DNA of 64,000 bases from Halobacteriales archaeon. Its GTDB lineage: Archaea; Halobacteriota; Halobacteria; Halobacteriales; SKSH01. Of this stretch, positions 19,576 to 29,768 are shown piece after piece. The position numbers were made by a program, and so were the translations under genes. The stretch lies in assembly GCA_007118145.1 (NCBI GenBank), contig SKSD01000010.1:69896-133895 (forward strand), in the 5' to 3' direction. Under the pieces are notes generated by a model. That model had not been told where the DNA came from and did not search any database. It saw only the letters and a program-made list of their open reading frames with translations. Position 1 is the first letter of the stretch, and each line of letters opens with the position of its first letter.

Positions 19576-21549
19576 TCACTTCCCTTCAAACTCGGGTTCG
19601 CGATCACCCATGAAGGCAGTGAAACCCTCCATCAGGTCATCAGTACTCATCAGTTGACCGAACGCCTGGGATTCAATCTCGAGACCGGCGGCGGTGCTTT
19701 CCCTACCCCGGTGCATCGCCCGCTTGGTATACCGCTGAGCGATCGGAGGGCCCGCGGCGAGATCTGCGGCAAACTCTCTGGTTCGCTCGGCCAGATCGCT
19801 CGAATCGACAACCTCGTTGATAAACCCATAATCCTGCATCGTCTTCGCGTTGTAATGCTCTGCGGTGAAGATGATCTCCTTCGCCCGACCGAGCCCGACG
19901 ATATGTTGCAACCGCTGCGTGCCGCCCCAACCAGGGAGCAATCCGAGGTTGTGCTCGGGCTGACCGAGTGTCGAGCGCTCACTGGCGAGTCGGAAATCCG
20001 CACCAGTAGCGAGTTCCATACCTCCGCCGAGGCAGTATCCATCGATCTGGGCGACCACCGGTACGTCAATCGCCTCGAGCTTGCCAAATACACGCTGTCC
20101 GAGGCGTGAGAGTTCAACAGCAGCGATCGGGTCGGCACCAGATCCGGCCATGCTCTGTATGTCAGCACCGGCAGAGAACGCCCGGTCACCAGCACCGCGG
20201 AGAATGATCGCACGGACAGACGTCTCACCGTCCAATCTGTCAAGTGCGTCATCGAGTTCATGTAGCAACTCTTCACTGATCGAGTTCATCCGGTGTGGAC
20301 GGTCGAGCACGATCTCAGCGACGCCATCATCGCCTGGACCTTCGATGCGGATCGTCTCATAGGAGGTGGTCTGTTGGTCAGTCTCGACACGGAACCCCCC
20401 AGCCTGTGCTGCAGATGCAAGCCGAGGTGATGGCTCGAATCTCGGGTGACCGGTCGATTCGAACTGCTCCTGGAGATGTGCGAAGAGCCTGTCGACGCCA
20501 AACTCGTCTGCAATCCTGGTTGGGCCGTCTGGGAAACCTGCACCGAGCATCATGGCATCGTCGATATCACCGAGATCTGCCACGTCTTCTTGCAACAACT
20601 TGGCGACCTCGTTGGCCATCACTGCGAGCATCCTGGTGGCAACCATGTCATCAGTCTTATCGGCTGGGATCTCGACGCTACGACTCTCCTCATACGAGTA
20701 AAAACCCTGCCCGGACTTCTGCCCGAGTTCGCCAGCCTCTACCTTCTCCAATAATAGCGGACACGGTTCGTACGCACCACCGAGGTTGTCGTGGATGTAT
20801 TCGAGCACATCGATAATCACATCGAGACCGACGACATCGGCGAGTTGAAAGGCGGCCATCGGCATGCCTACCTCGTACTTCATCGTACTGTCGACCGTCT
20901 CGATATCTGCCTCAGCGTCATGTATCAACCAGGAAGCCTCGTTCATCGCCGGGACGAGGATGCGATTGACGATGAAACCCGGGCTATCCTTCCGGACACG
21001 AACAGGAGTCTTGTTCATCGATGAGGCGAGTGCCTCGATGACATCCAGTACAGCTGCATCAGTATGATCACCGGCGATCACCTCGACGAGCGGCATGCGG
21101 ATGGGTGGATTGAAAAAGTGCATCCCACAGAACCGCTCTGGCCGGTCGGTCACCTCTGAGAGGTCTGTGATGGAGATGCTCGAGGTGTTCGTGGCGATGA
21201 TTGCCTCAGGTGGTGCGAACTCGTCGACGGTGGTGAAGACCTCCTCTTTGATATCAAAGCGCTCAGGTACGGCCTCGATGATGACATCGGCGTCCTCGAC
21301 GGCAGACTCCAAATCGACCAGTGGTTCGACCAGGTCGAGTGCCTCATCAGCCTCTTCCTCAGACAGCCTCCCCTGTTCAACGAGCTTTCCGAGGCTCCAC
21401 TCAATCTGCTCGTATCCATCCATCACATACTCCTCCTCGATGTCTCGGATGGTGACGTTGTACCCAGCCATGGCAGCCAGTTCAGCAATACCGTGACCCA
21501 TCGTTCCTGCGCCAAGCACCGCTACAGTTTCGATATCATCGATGTCCAT
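19576..21549 (-). CDS. 3-hydroxyacyl-CoA dehydrogenase / enoyl-CoA hydratase bifunctional protein
   Basis: GAGTMGHG, NTSS, GMHFFNP, plus a C-terminal crotonase domain (FSAGAD, GGGME). Confidence 0.93.
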   Translation of the reverse strand: MDIDDIETVAVLGAGTMGHGIAELAAMAGYNVTIRDIEEEYVMDGYEQIEWSLGKLVEQGRLSEEEADEALDLVEPLVDLESAVEDADVIIEAVPERFDIKEEVFTTVDEFAPPEAIIATNTSSISITDLSEVTDRPERFCGMHFFNPPIRMPLVEVIAGDHTDAAVLDVIEALASSMNKTPVRVRKDSPGFIVNRILVPAMNEASWLIHDAEADIETVDSTMKYEVGMPMAAFQLADVVGLDVIIDVLEYIHDNLGGAYEPCPLLLEKVEAGELGQKSGQGFYSYEESRSVEIPADKTDDMVATRMLAVMANEVAKLLQEDVADLGDIDDAMMLGAGFPDGPTRIADEFGVDRLFAHLQEQFESTGHPRFEPSPRLASAAQAGGFRVETDQQTTSYETIRIEGPGDDGVAEIVLDRPHRMNSISEELLHELDDALDRLDGETSVRAIILRGAGDRAFSAGADIQSMAGSGADPIAAVELSRLGQRVFGKLEAIDVPVVAQIDGYCLGGGMELATGADFRLASERSTLGQPEHNLGLLPGWGGTQRLQHIVGLGRAKEIIFTAEHYNAKTMQDYGFINEVVDSSDLAERTREFAADLAAGPPIAQRYTKRAMHRGRESTAAGLEIESQAFGQLMSTDDLMEGFTAFMGDREPEFEGK

Positions 21550-21671
21550 AGATGTAGCTCCTCGGAGCAGCACATTCAACGTTTTCATCACTCTCAATCC
21601 GGGGCAAGCCCATCCCCACCTCGTAGGAGCCTCCAACAACATCTAAGGTAACGCCCCGTTACCGATGCAAC

Positions 21672-22829
21672 ATGGACTTCGCGCTTTCTGACGAGCAGGT
21701 ATCCCTCCGTGATGAGGTTCGGCGCTTCGCAGAGAACGAGATCGAGCCAGTTGCCACGGAGTACGACGAGGAGGAGGCCTACCCCCAGGAGGTCATGGAT
21801 AAGGCAGCGCAGATGGGGCTGACAGGTGCACACATCCCCATCGAGTATGGTGGTGCTGGATACTCCGTCCTCGATGTGGCCATCATCATCGAGGAGCTTT
21901 TCTCAGTCGACCCGGGTATCGCACTGAGCGTCACGAGTGCTGCGTTCGGTGCAGATGCGATCATGGCCTTTGGCACTGAAGAACAAAAGGATCGATACCT
22001 GACGCAGATCGCCAGTGGCGAGGCGGTGATGGGTACCGCCGTGTCCGAGCCGGATGTTGGCTCGGACGTATCTGCCGTGTCGACACGTGCTGAACGAGAT
22101 GGGGATGAGTGGGTCATCAACGGGAACAAGATGTGGATCACCAACGGGAGTGTTGGTGACTTCTTCGTCGTGATGTGTCGGACTGACCCCGATGCGAGCG
22201 ATCGATACTCGGGGTTCTCACAGATACTCATCGAATCCGACCGAGACGGATTCACCGCAGAGAAGATCACCGGTAAGCTGGGTATCCGAGCCAGTGATAC
22301 CGCCGAGTTAATATTCGACGATGTCCGTGTCCCTGAGGAGAACCTCATCGGCACGGAGGGTGCTGGCTTCTTACAGATGATGCAATTTTTCGACGATACC
22401 CGGACGATGGTGGCTGCCCAGGCGGTGGGGATAGCCAAGGGGGCGACCGACCGTGCGATCGAGTATGCCAAGGAACGCGAGCAGTTTGGGCGCCCGATCT
22501 CTGAGTTCCAGGCGATCCAACACAAGCTCGCTGAGATGGCGATGAAGACCGAGGCAGCGCGACAGCTGACGTACAAGTCAGCATGGGCGGTCGACCAGCG
22601 TGATCAGCAACTGACCGCACTCGCATCGATGGCAAAGGCGTTCGCCTCACGTGTCGCCGTCGAGGTGGCCGATGACGCCGTTCAAGTTCACGGCGGCGCC
22701 GGGTACGTGAACGATTTCGATGTGGAACGGTTCTATCGAGACGCGAAGATCACTGAGATCTACGAGGGGACGACACAGATCCAAAAGAACATCATCGCGA
22801 GAGAACTCCTTGGCAAGAGTTTCGTCTGA
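21672..22829 (+). CDS. Acyl-CoA dehydrogenase
   Basis: SEPDVGSD, NGNKMWITNG, REQFGRPI, HGGAGY and IYEGT motifs. Confidence 0.95.
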   Translation: MDFALSDEQVSLRDEVRRFAENEIEPVATEYDEEEAYPQEVMDKAAQMGLTGAHIPIEYGGAGYSVLDVAIIIEELFSVDPGIALSVTSAAFGADAIMAFGTEEQKDRYLTQIASGEAVMGTAVSEPDVGSDVSAVSTRAERDGDEWVINGNKMWITNGSVGDFFVVMCRTDPDASDRYSGFSQILIESDRDGFTAEKITGKLGIRASDTAELIFDDVRVPEENLIGTEGAGFLQMMQFFDDTRTMVAAQAVGIAKGATDRAIEYAKEREQFGRPISEFQAIQHKLAEMAMKTEAARQLTYKSAWAVDQRDQQLTALASMAKAFASRVAVEVADDAVQVHGGAGYVNDFDVERFYRDAKITEIYEGTTQIQKNIIARELLGKSFV

Positions 22830-22935
22830 ATTAACCCATCGACAGTATGCTGCCAGCATAACCACACGACCGCCGATCGCCGAGGCATGTGGTTGCGATA
22901 CGACCTTGTTGGTGGCTCACCACGTTTCCACAACG

Positions 22936-23511
22936 ATGGATGAGCGAGCGATTGACCTCCTGAAGGGAGATACTGTGATTGGACCGCTTATCGATACGTA
23001 CGGACCGCTTGAGCTCCAGGTAGCAGACGATCCATTTGAACGACTCGTCCAGTCGATACTCAGACAGCAGGTATCGATGGAAGCCGCTGATGCGATTGCT
23101 GAGCGCTTCTTCGGTGCCATCGACGTATCACCACCTGCCCTGGCAGCTGCCAACCCAGAGGATTTGACCGAATATGGACTATCTCGACAGAAAGCAACCT
23201 ATGTCCGAGAGGTAGCTCGTGCCTTTCACGATAACCGGTATACGAAACGTTACTTCGTGGGGTTGGATGATGAGACGGTGATCGACGAGCTCACCGCCAT
23301 CCGTGGTGTAGGCCCCTGGACCGCGAAAATGTTCCTCATGTTCGCCCTCGGTCGTGCCGACATCTTTCCCGTAGAAGACCTCGGGATACGTCGGGCGATG
23401 ACCCTGCACGTCGATGCTGAGCTGACCCGTGGTGAGATGGCCGAGTACGCTGAAAGATGGCGACCTGTCAGGTCTTACGCCTCTCTCTATCTATGGCGAA
23501 GCATCGATTGA
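22936..23511 (+). CDS. DNA-3-methyladenine glycosylase II (AlkA/HhH-GPD family)
   Basis: ILRQQVS, HhH motif LTAIRGVGPWTA, FPVEDLG, WRPVRSYA. Confidence 0.9.
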   Translation: MDERAIDLLKGDTVIGPLIDTYGPLELQVADDPFERLVQSILRQQVSMEAADAIAERFFGAIDVSPPALAAANPEDLTEYGLSRQKATYVREVARAFHDNRYTKRYFVGLDDETVIDELTAIRGVGPWTAKMFLMFALGRADIFPVEDLGIRRAMTLHVDAELTRGEMAEYAERWRPVRSYASLYLWRSID

Positions 23512-23714
23512 TAGAATCAACTTGGTATACGTTGATTCACGCTCCCAAAGGTAACCGATTCCTCATGGCGACTGAATACGTGTAGCTGGGAGGCCTCGCC
23601 ACATGTGCGTCGTTTGTGATCACCAAATCCCCAATAATCTACATGAATAGGATGTACTGTGATACCGCGTTAGAAACGCATATACCAACCCCGTTCGGAC
23701 CATCCACTTGCGAC

Positions 23715-24110
23715 ATGAGTGAACCGTACGACCGCGGCCTCGTCGAGGATTATGGCCGCTGGCGGGAGTTCGCCCCAGGCATGTGGGCATGGATTCTTCA
23801 CAAGTTCACCGGATGGGTGCTCATCGGCTATCTATTCACGCACATCGCTGTGTTGAGCACTGCACTCGACGGGGGTGCAACCTATACTGCGACCATCCAG
23901 GGACTCGAGGCATTGTTCGTGGTCAGGGTGATGGAAATCGGCCTCCTCGCAGTCGCTGTCTTCCATATCCTCAACGGCATCAGACTGCTCATGATCGACC
24001 TCGGTATCGGTCTCGAGCGACAGGCGGCGAGTTTTTACATCTCGTTGATCATCACTGCACTGATCGTCATCGCCTCCGTACCGACCTTCCTTGGCGAGGT
24101 GGGGGTCTGA
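23715..24110 (+). CDS. sdhC: Succinate dehydrogenase cytochrome b subunit
   Basis: WILHKFTG and FHILNGIR; three TM helices; operon context. Confidence 0.9.
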   Translation: MSEPYDRGLVEDYGRWREFAPGMWAWILHKFTGWVLIGYLFTHIAVLSTALDGGATYTATIQGLEALFVVRVMEIGLLAVAVFHILNGIRLLMIDLGIGLERQAASFYISLIITALIVIASVPTFLGEVGV

Positions 24111-24111
24111 C

Positions 24112-24486
24112 ATGAGCACCCCATATCGATCATCGTTCACCCGTGGGTCGACACTGTGGGTGCTCCAGCGCGTCACCGCAGCGTTCCTGATCGTCCTCCT
24201 GGCGTTTCACTTCTTCCAGCTACACTTTGTCAATCATGCGTGGGAGATAGATTTCGCCGGGACACAGGCACGCATGAGCAACCTGCTTTACTTCACGACG
24301 ATGGTGCTCTTTCTCATCACCGCCACCTTCCACGGTGTCAATGGTGTCTACAATGCACTCGTCAATCAGGGGCTCACCGGTCAGCCCCGGAGGGTCCTCA
24401 AGTGGGTCCTCATCATCGCTGGGCTCGGACTCATCGTACAGGGTGTCCGGGTCGCGTTCGTCATGGCCGGGATCGACCTCCTATGA
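24112..24486 (+). CDS. sdhD: Succinate dehydrogenase hydrophobic anchor
   Basis: WVLQRVTA and FHGVNG; three TM helices. Confidence 0.88.
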   Translation: MSTPYRSSFTRGSTLWVLQRVTAAFLIVLLAFHFFQLHFVNHAWEIDFAGTQARMSNLLYFTTMVLFLITATFHGVNGVYNALVNQGLTGQPRRVLKWVLIIAGLGLIVQGVRVAFVMAGIDLL

Positions 24487-25262
24487 GCACTGAACACACC
24501 TCCCCTGAGCCAGAAGAATCGACGACGGTGAGCGACGATACCGTGACCATCCGCGTCTTCCGGTACCAACCTGAAAAAGAGGATGACGCGGAACCGTACT
24601 ATGAGGAGTTCGCCGTCCCACGTGTAGACGGTATAACGGTCCTCGACGCGCTCATGTGGGCGCGAGATCACGAGGACGGCACACTCACCTTCCGACACTC
24701 CTGCCGCCAGGGTGTCTGTGGGAGCGACGCCATGTTCGTTAACGGTCGGCAGCGCCTTTGTTGCACGACGCAAATCTCCGATCTTGCCGAACCGGTGCAG
24801 ATCGATCCGCTCCCCCATCAGGGCGTGCTCAAGGACCTCGTCGTCGATATGGATCATTTCTATGACCAGATGCATGCGGTCGACCCGTTTTTCGACCCAG
24901 ATGAACTACCGGATGACCCCCTCGAGGAACAGCGCCAGTCACCGGAGAATCGCGAGCATATCAAACTCAGCACCAGATGTATCTGGTGTGGAGCATGCAT
25001 GTCCTCATGCAATATTGCCGCAGGTGACAACCAGTACCTCGGTCCCGCATCGATCAACAAGGCATATCGGTTCATCAAGGACGAACGCGAGGGTGAACAA
25101 CGCCGTGACGAACGCATCGAACAGATGGCCGATGATCATGCGGTATGGAGGTGTCAGACACAGTTCTCCTGCACCGAGGTCTGCCCGAAGGACATCCCGT
25201 TGACCGAGCATATCCAGACACTCAAACGCGATGCAGCGAAACGTGACCTCTCACTCTGGTGA
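24483..25262 (+). CDS. sdhB: Succinate dehydrogenase iron-sulfur subunit
   Basis: SCRQGVCGSD, CIWCGACMSSC and CQTQFSCTEVCP cluster motifs. Confidence 0.95.
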   Translation: MSTEHTSPEPEESTTVSDDTVTIRVFRYQPEKEDDAEPYYEEFAVPRVDGITVLDALMWARDHEDGTLTFRHSCRQGVCGSDAMFVNGRQRLCCTTQISDLAEPVQIDPLPHQGVLKDLVVDMDHFYDQMHAVDPFFDPDELPDDPLEEQRQSPENREHIKLSTRCIWCGACMSSCNIAAGDNQYLGPASINKAYRFIKDEREGEQRRDERIEQMADDHAVWRCQTQFSCTEVCPKDIPLTEHIQTLKRDAAKRDLSLW

Positions 25263-25268
25263 TCGACC

Positions 25269-27095
25269 ATGACCATACTCTCACATGACGTCATCGTCGT
25301 CGGTGGTGGTGGTGCTGGGCTTCGTGCGGCGATAGCCGCTCACGAGGCTGGTGCCGATACGGCGATCGTGACGAAGCTCCACCCAGTCCGTAGCCATACC
25401 GGTGCCGCTGAGGGTGGTATCAATGCCGCCCTCAGGGATGGTGACTCCTGGGAGTTACACGCCGATGATACGATGAAGGGATCTGACTACCTCGGCGATG
25501 CACCTGCCATCGAGACGCTCGCCAGGGACGCACCTGAGAACGTGATCCAACTCGAGCACTGGGGCATGCCCTTTTCGCGTGATGATGATGGCAGGGTATC
25601 ACAGCGCCCGTTCGGCGGACTCTCCTTCCCGCGTACGACCTACGCTGGTGCAGAGACGGGTCATCATATGCTGCACACGATGTACGAGCAGGTCGTCAAA
25701 CGGGGTATCGAGGTCTATGACGAGTTCTACGTCTCTCGACTGGCTGTCTCCGATGAACCAGATCCGACCGACCGACAGTGTCACGGTGTCGTCGCGATCA
25801 ACCTCCGCCGTGGTGAACTCTGGGGATTCCATGCCCGCAACGGAGTGATCCTGGCAACTGGTGGACCTGGGCAAGTGTATGACCATACCACGAACGCCGT
25901 GACCTGTACCGGTGATGGCCACGCCATGGCGTACCGGGTCGGTGTTCTCCTCGAGGACATGGAGTTCGTCCAGTTCCACCCGACAACGCTCCCCTCCACA
26001 GGGGTGCTCATCTCCGAGGGTGTCAGGGGCGAGGGCGGCAAGTTGTTCAACGCACACGGTGAGCGCTTCATGTACGAACGTGGTTACGCGACGACCGCTG
26101 GTGAGCTCGCCAGTCGTGACGTCGTCTCGCGGGCTGAGCTGACCGAGATAGCCGAGGGGAGGGGGTTCGAGGATGAGTACGTCTACCTCGATATGCGTCA
26201 CCTCGGTCCAGAGCGGATTGAGGATCGACTCGAGAATATCCTCCATCTCGCCCGTGACTTCGAGGGCGTCGATGGGCTCACCGAACCGATGCCGGTCAAA
26301 CCTGGACAACACTACGTCATGGGTGGTATCGAGACGAACGAGCATGGTCAGACCTGTATCGACGGACTGTATGCAGCCGGTGAATGTGCCTGTGTGAGTG
26401 TCCACGGTGCCAACCGTCTCGGAGGGAACGCGCTGCCTGAGTTGATCGTCTTCGGGAGACGTGCAGGCTTGCATGCCGCAGGTGCAGACCTCGGGGATGC
26501 GATCATCTCGACCGGGCGTGACGATACAACCGAGCCCTGGGACGGTACATTCGACACACCCATCGGCTCGATCGAGACTGATACTGCCGTGACCGATGGT
26601 GGTTCAGCAGAGCCTGAGGAGGTGGTCAGTGCGGCCCTCGATGACGAACAACGGCGTATCGATGCACTCTTCGAGCGAGACGATGGCATCCGCCATGCCG
26701 AGGTTCGTCACAATGTTCAACAGACGATGACGGCTCACGTGAACGTCTTCCGTGAACCCGAGGGGATGCAACAGGCGCTCGCTGATATCCGTCAGGCACG
26801 CGTCGACTATCAGGATATCTTCGTCGAGGATACCTCAAAGACGTTCAATACAGACCTGATCCAGGCGATAGAGACACGCAACGTGATCGACGTGGCGGAG
26901 ACGATCGTGATGAGTGCGATCGCCCGGACGGAGTTCCGAGGGGCACACTGGCGAGAGGATTTTCAGTCACGTCGTGATGATGTCTGGCTGAAACACACAT
27001 TCGTCTCCTGGGACGACGGCCAGCCATCGCTCTGGTTCAAGCCAGTCTTGCTCGATGGAGAGCGAACGTACGAACCGAAGGAACGGAGTTACTGA
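25269..27095 (+). CDS. sdhA: Succinate dehydrogenase flavoprotein subunit
   Basis: GGGGAG, RSHTGAAEGG (covalent FAD His), QFHPT and HGANRLG. Confidence 0.96.
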   Translation: MTILSHDVIVVGGGGAGLRAAIAAHEAGADTAIVTKLHPVRSHTGAAEGGINAALRDGDSWELHADDTMKGSDYLGDAPAIETLARDAPENVIQLEHWGMPFSRDDDGRVSQRPFGGLSFPRTTYAGAETGHHMLHTMYEQVVKRGIEVYDEFYVSRLAVSDEPDPTDRQCHGVVAINLRRGELWGFHARNGVILATGGPGQVYDHTTNAVTCTGDGHAMAYRVGVLLEDMEFVQFHPTTLPSTGVLISEGVRGEGGKLFNAHGERFMYERGYATTAGELASRDVVSRAELTEIAEGRGFEDEYVYLDMRHLGPERIEDRLENILHLARDFEGVDGLTEPMPVKPGQHYVMGGIETNEHGQTCIDGLYAAGECACVSVHGANRLGGNALPELIVFGRRAGLHAAGADLGDAIISTGRDDTTEPWDGTFDTPIGSIETDTAVTDGGSAEPEEVVSAALDDEQRRIDALFERDDGIRHAEVRHNVQQTMTAHVNVFREPEGMQQALADIRQARVDYQDIFVEDTSKTFNTDLIQAIETRNVIDVAETIVMSAIARTEFRGAHWREDFQSRRDDVWLKHTFVSWDDGQPSLWFKPVLLDGERTYEPKERSY

Positions 27096-27185
27096 GATAT
27101 TCGATCACGGTTGGAATTCGAGTAAACAAGGCGGTCATCCAGTGTGTCCCGAGAGAGGTGTCTCAGGTCGTGTACCTATCTCACG

Positions 27186-27692
27186 TCACTCGGCGGTGAA
27201 TCGGATATAATCGAGATCATCGACATCATCGTTACCAAGCGTCTCGAACGTCATCCCGATATCAACATGTTCCTGAGGGGCGAGCTCTCCGAGTATGCCA
27301 GGGTTATCCGTGGCACCGAAGATAATCACATCTTCGACAGGCTCATCGTTCTCGTTCATGCCACGTGCTTCAAGCGAGATCGTATTCGACCCCTGATTGG
27401 TTGCCCGAATCAGGTTTGAAAACGTCGTCTGACCCTCATCGTTGATATCAGCATCTGTGAAATCGAGGTACAACAGCCCATCCGCATCGTAATCAACCTC
27501 TGGCGGATATGGACTATCCTCGCGATCAGGATGGGGTGCGAGCATCAGATACCCGCTTGCATCACCACCGACACTGACGTCAACGTCCCTGTGAAGCTCG
27601 ATGCGATCGAATGCTCCACTCGCTCCGACGGTCCCGTATCCAATGGCGATACCTCCCAAGATGGTCAAGGCAGTTCTGCGTGTCACCGGCAT
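27186..27692 (-). CDS. Secreted haloarchaeal surface protein (DUF1102/SipW-substrate-like)
   Basis: RRTAL plus a hydrophobic stretch, then SGAF...RDVDVSVGGDASGYL; beta-rich and acidic; in an operon with a signal peptidase. Confidence 0.6.
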   Translation of the reverse strand: MPVTRRTALTILGGIAIGYGTVGASGAFDRIELHRDVDVSVGGDASGYLMLAPHPDREDSPYPPEVDYDADGLLYLDFTDADINDEGQTTFSNLIRATNQGSNTISLEARGMNENDEPVEDVIIFGATDNPGILGELAPQEHVDIGMTFETLGNDDVDDLDYIRFTAE

Positions 27693-27724
27693 GGTGGACC
27701 GTACCCTCTAGGCGGAATCGTATA

Positions 27725-28723
27725 TCAATCACCGGCTGGAGTGTGATGCATATACCATGTGCCATCGATCACCACCGCCGCAGTCCCACGGTTGTCGAGC
27801 AAGATCGGCGTTCGATGGGTACGTGCCAAGGTGTGTAACTCAGCATGTTCGTCGACGACGATACCGTGACGAATACTGATCGGTGTGCTGACCTCAACAT
27901 ATCGGGAGGGATGTCTCGTGTGTAACCACCGCATCCGATGTCTCGACCGAGCAGCAGATGACATGGGGAGGACACCGGTGAGACGTAGCCCGACCAGTCC
28001 GAGGAGGATACCGGTACCGAGGGCGACCGTGAGCACCCATGTCTGTGAGCCTGTCGACCCACCGGTCACCGCCTCATAGTGACGGATGCCATCGTGCTCG
28101 ACCACGATCACCTCCTCGTCGAACGCAATCGAAAGCTCTGCCGTGTGAACGTGTACCCGTGCATCGGTGACCTGAACCGACGCAAGAACGCTCACCTCGA
28201 GGGTGCCAGCCGTCGTCCCGTAGCGATCATCGAGGCGCTCTGCCAACCGTTCGATACGGTCGATATCGAGATGCACTGGTGAGGTGTGGACGTGAGTGTG
28301 TCCAGGTGCCGTGATAGAATCATTCACCAGCGGGGTTTCATACCGCCACAGCGTGGTACCGCCGTAGGTGCGCTCTACCTGTAGATCAACCATAAGCAAG
28401 ACACGATCTACGGTATCGAGTGTCCGGTCATACTCATAGGTGAACGTGGCAGGTATCGTCGACTGATACGCTCTGACGAACGCACCATCACCCCCGAGCG
28501 TCACAGTGCCATCATCACCGATCGTCTCAACCGTCATCGCCTGGGTGAGTTCGAATCCAACGCGTTCGATCACCACCTGTTCGTCGTCATGACCGTCGAT
28601 ATCAGCCAGGAACAGGGTCGAACCCCCGTAAAGCACGAGGCTGACACCGATGAACAAACAGAGGAGAAATCGGTTATCGACGAGGAGAAGCAACCCACTC
28701 GTGAGACCATCTAGACGTGTCAT
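27725..28723 (-). CDS. DUF5305-like membrane protein
   Basis: N-terminal TM, large extracellular domain, second TM, and a C-terminal ARTHRTPILL...VVIDGTWY domain. Confidence 0.6.
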   Translation of the reverse strand: MTRLDGLTSGLLLLVDNRFLLCLFIGVSLVLYGGSTLFLADIDGHDDEQVVIERVGFELTQAMTVETIGDDGTVTLGGDGAFVRAYQSTIPATFTYEYDRTLDTVDRVLLMVDLQVERTYGGTTLWRYETPLVNDSITAPGHTHVHTSPVHLDIDRIERLAERLDDRYGTTAGTLEVSVLASVQVTDARVHVHTAELSIAFDEEVIVVEHDGIRHYEAVTGGSTGSQTWVLTVALGTGILLGLVGLRLTGVLPMSSAARSRHRMRWLHTRHPSRYVEVSTPISIRHGIVVDEHAELHTLARTHRTPILLDNRGTAAVVIDGTWYMHHTPAGD

Positions 28724-29562
28724 CGTCGAGGTGGTGCCGGGGGGAGGATGGTCGCTGTGATGTGGGCGATGGCGTACATAAACAATCCTGTCGAGGAAGA
28801 AACCATGATGATCCCCAAGAGTGGATCGAGTTGGGTGAGTCGCTCGACGAGCCCTGGATGTCCAACCCCGACCAGGAGTTCGTATCCGATGTACTCAGTG
28901 AGATCAACCCGCTGTCTCGGCCAGAGTATGACGACATCAGGCGATGTCACCTCCCGATGTAACACAGCCATGATCGGGACGAGACCAGCGTTGACGAGTT
29001 CAGTATCTGCCTGGGGTGGTGATCGTACCCCACCAAGTAGCCAGCCGAGCACTGGAATACTGGCAGCGAGTGCACCGATCGAACGAGGTGATGGTGCTCG
29101 AACCGATCGCCCTGTGTCCACACTCAGTATGAGAGTGATGACACCGACGCTGATGATAGCCGTCATCGTGAGATCATCTTGGACGGGAAGCCCGGAGAGG
29201 GCGAGTGGCCTCCCACCCCACTCCGGTATCGAGGCGACCACCCCATGGTGAGGGACTGGTGGATCACCTGTTGCCTGATCGGTGAACGGGTTCGCATCAC
29301 CCTTCGTGAGATACCCCTCTGGTGTCGATTCGACCACCCTGTGGACCGTCCATCCATCCTCACCCTCGAACACGATAATGTCGCCAGTTGTTACGTCAGA
29401 CAACATCGGCGGGATCCCAAGGTAGATGTCACCTTGAGTAAGAGTCGGCGACATACTGTCAGAGGTGACAACGCCGAATGGTACAGGCTGACCGATGCTC
29501 ATGAGCAGACCGACGCAAAATCCGATGAAGATGATCGTCACGAATGTCGACACACGGTTCAT
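28720..29562 (-). CDS. Signal peptidase I (S26, archaeal Sec11/SipW type) with C-terminal membrane extension
   Basis: VTSDSMSPTL (catalytic Ser), GDIIVF, VHRVV (His) and TKGDANPFTD. Confidence 0.88.
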   Translation of the reverse strand: MNRVSTFVTIIFIGFCVGLLMSIGQPVPFGVVTSDSMSPTLTQGDIYLGIPPMLSDVTTGDIIVFEGEDGWTVHRVVESTPEGYLTKGDANPFTDQATGDPPVPHHGVVASIPEWGGRPLALSGLPVQDDLTMTAIISVGVITLILSVDTGRSVRAPSPRSIGALAASIPVLGWLLGGVRSPPQADTELVNAGLVPIMAVLHREVTSPDVVILWPRQRVDLTEYIGYELLVGVGHPGLVERLTQLDPLLGIIMVSSSTGLFMYAIAHITATILPPAPPRR

Positions 29563-29768
29563 CTCAGCATACTTCCACACAGACTGCGTGATCGATATCG
29601 TCCCATAGCGTCGAGTATTAGCCCCCTTCTCAGGCATAAAGCAAAGGGCGGTCTCGACATCCGATGAGAAGACAGATGTGGTGAACCTACACACGCTAAC
29701 GGGTGGATACATATCGCTTCACGTTCTCGTTGGACGTGGAACGAACCACCTACCCACACCACCATATT

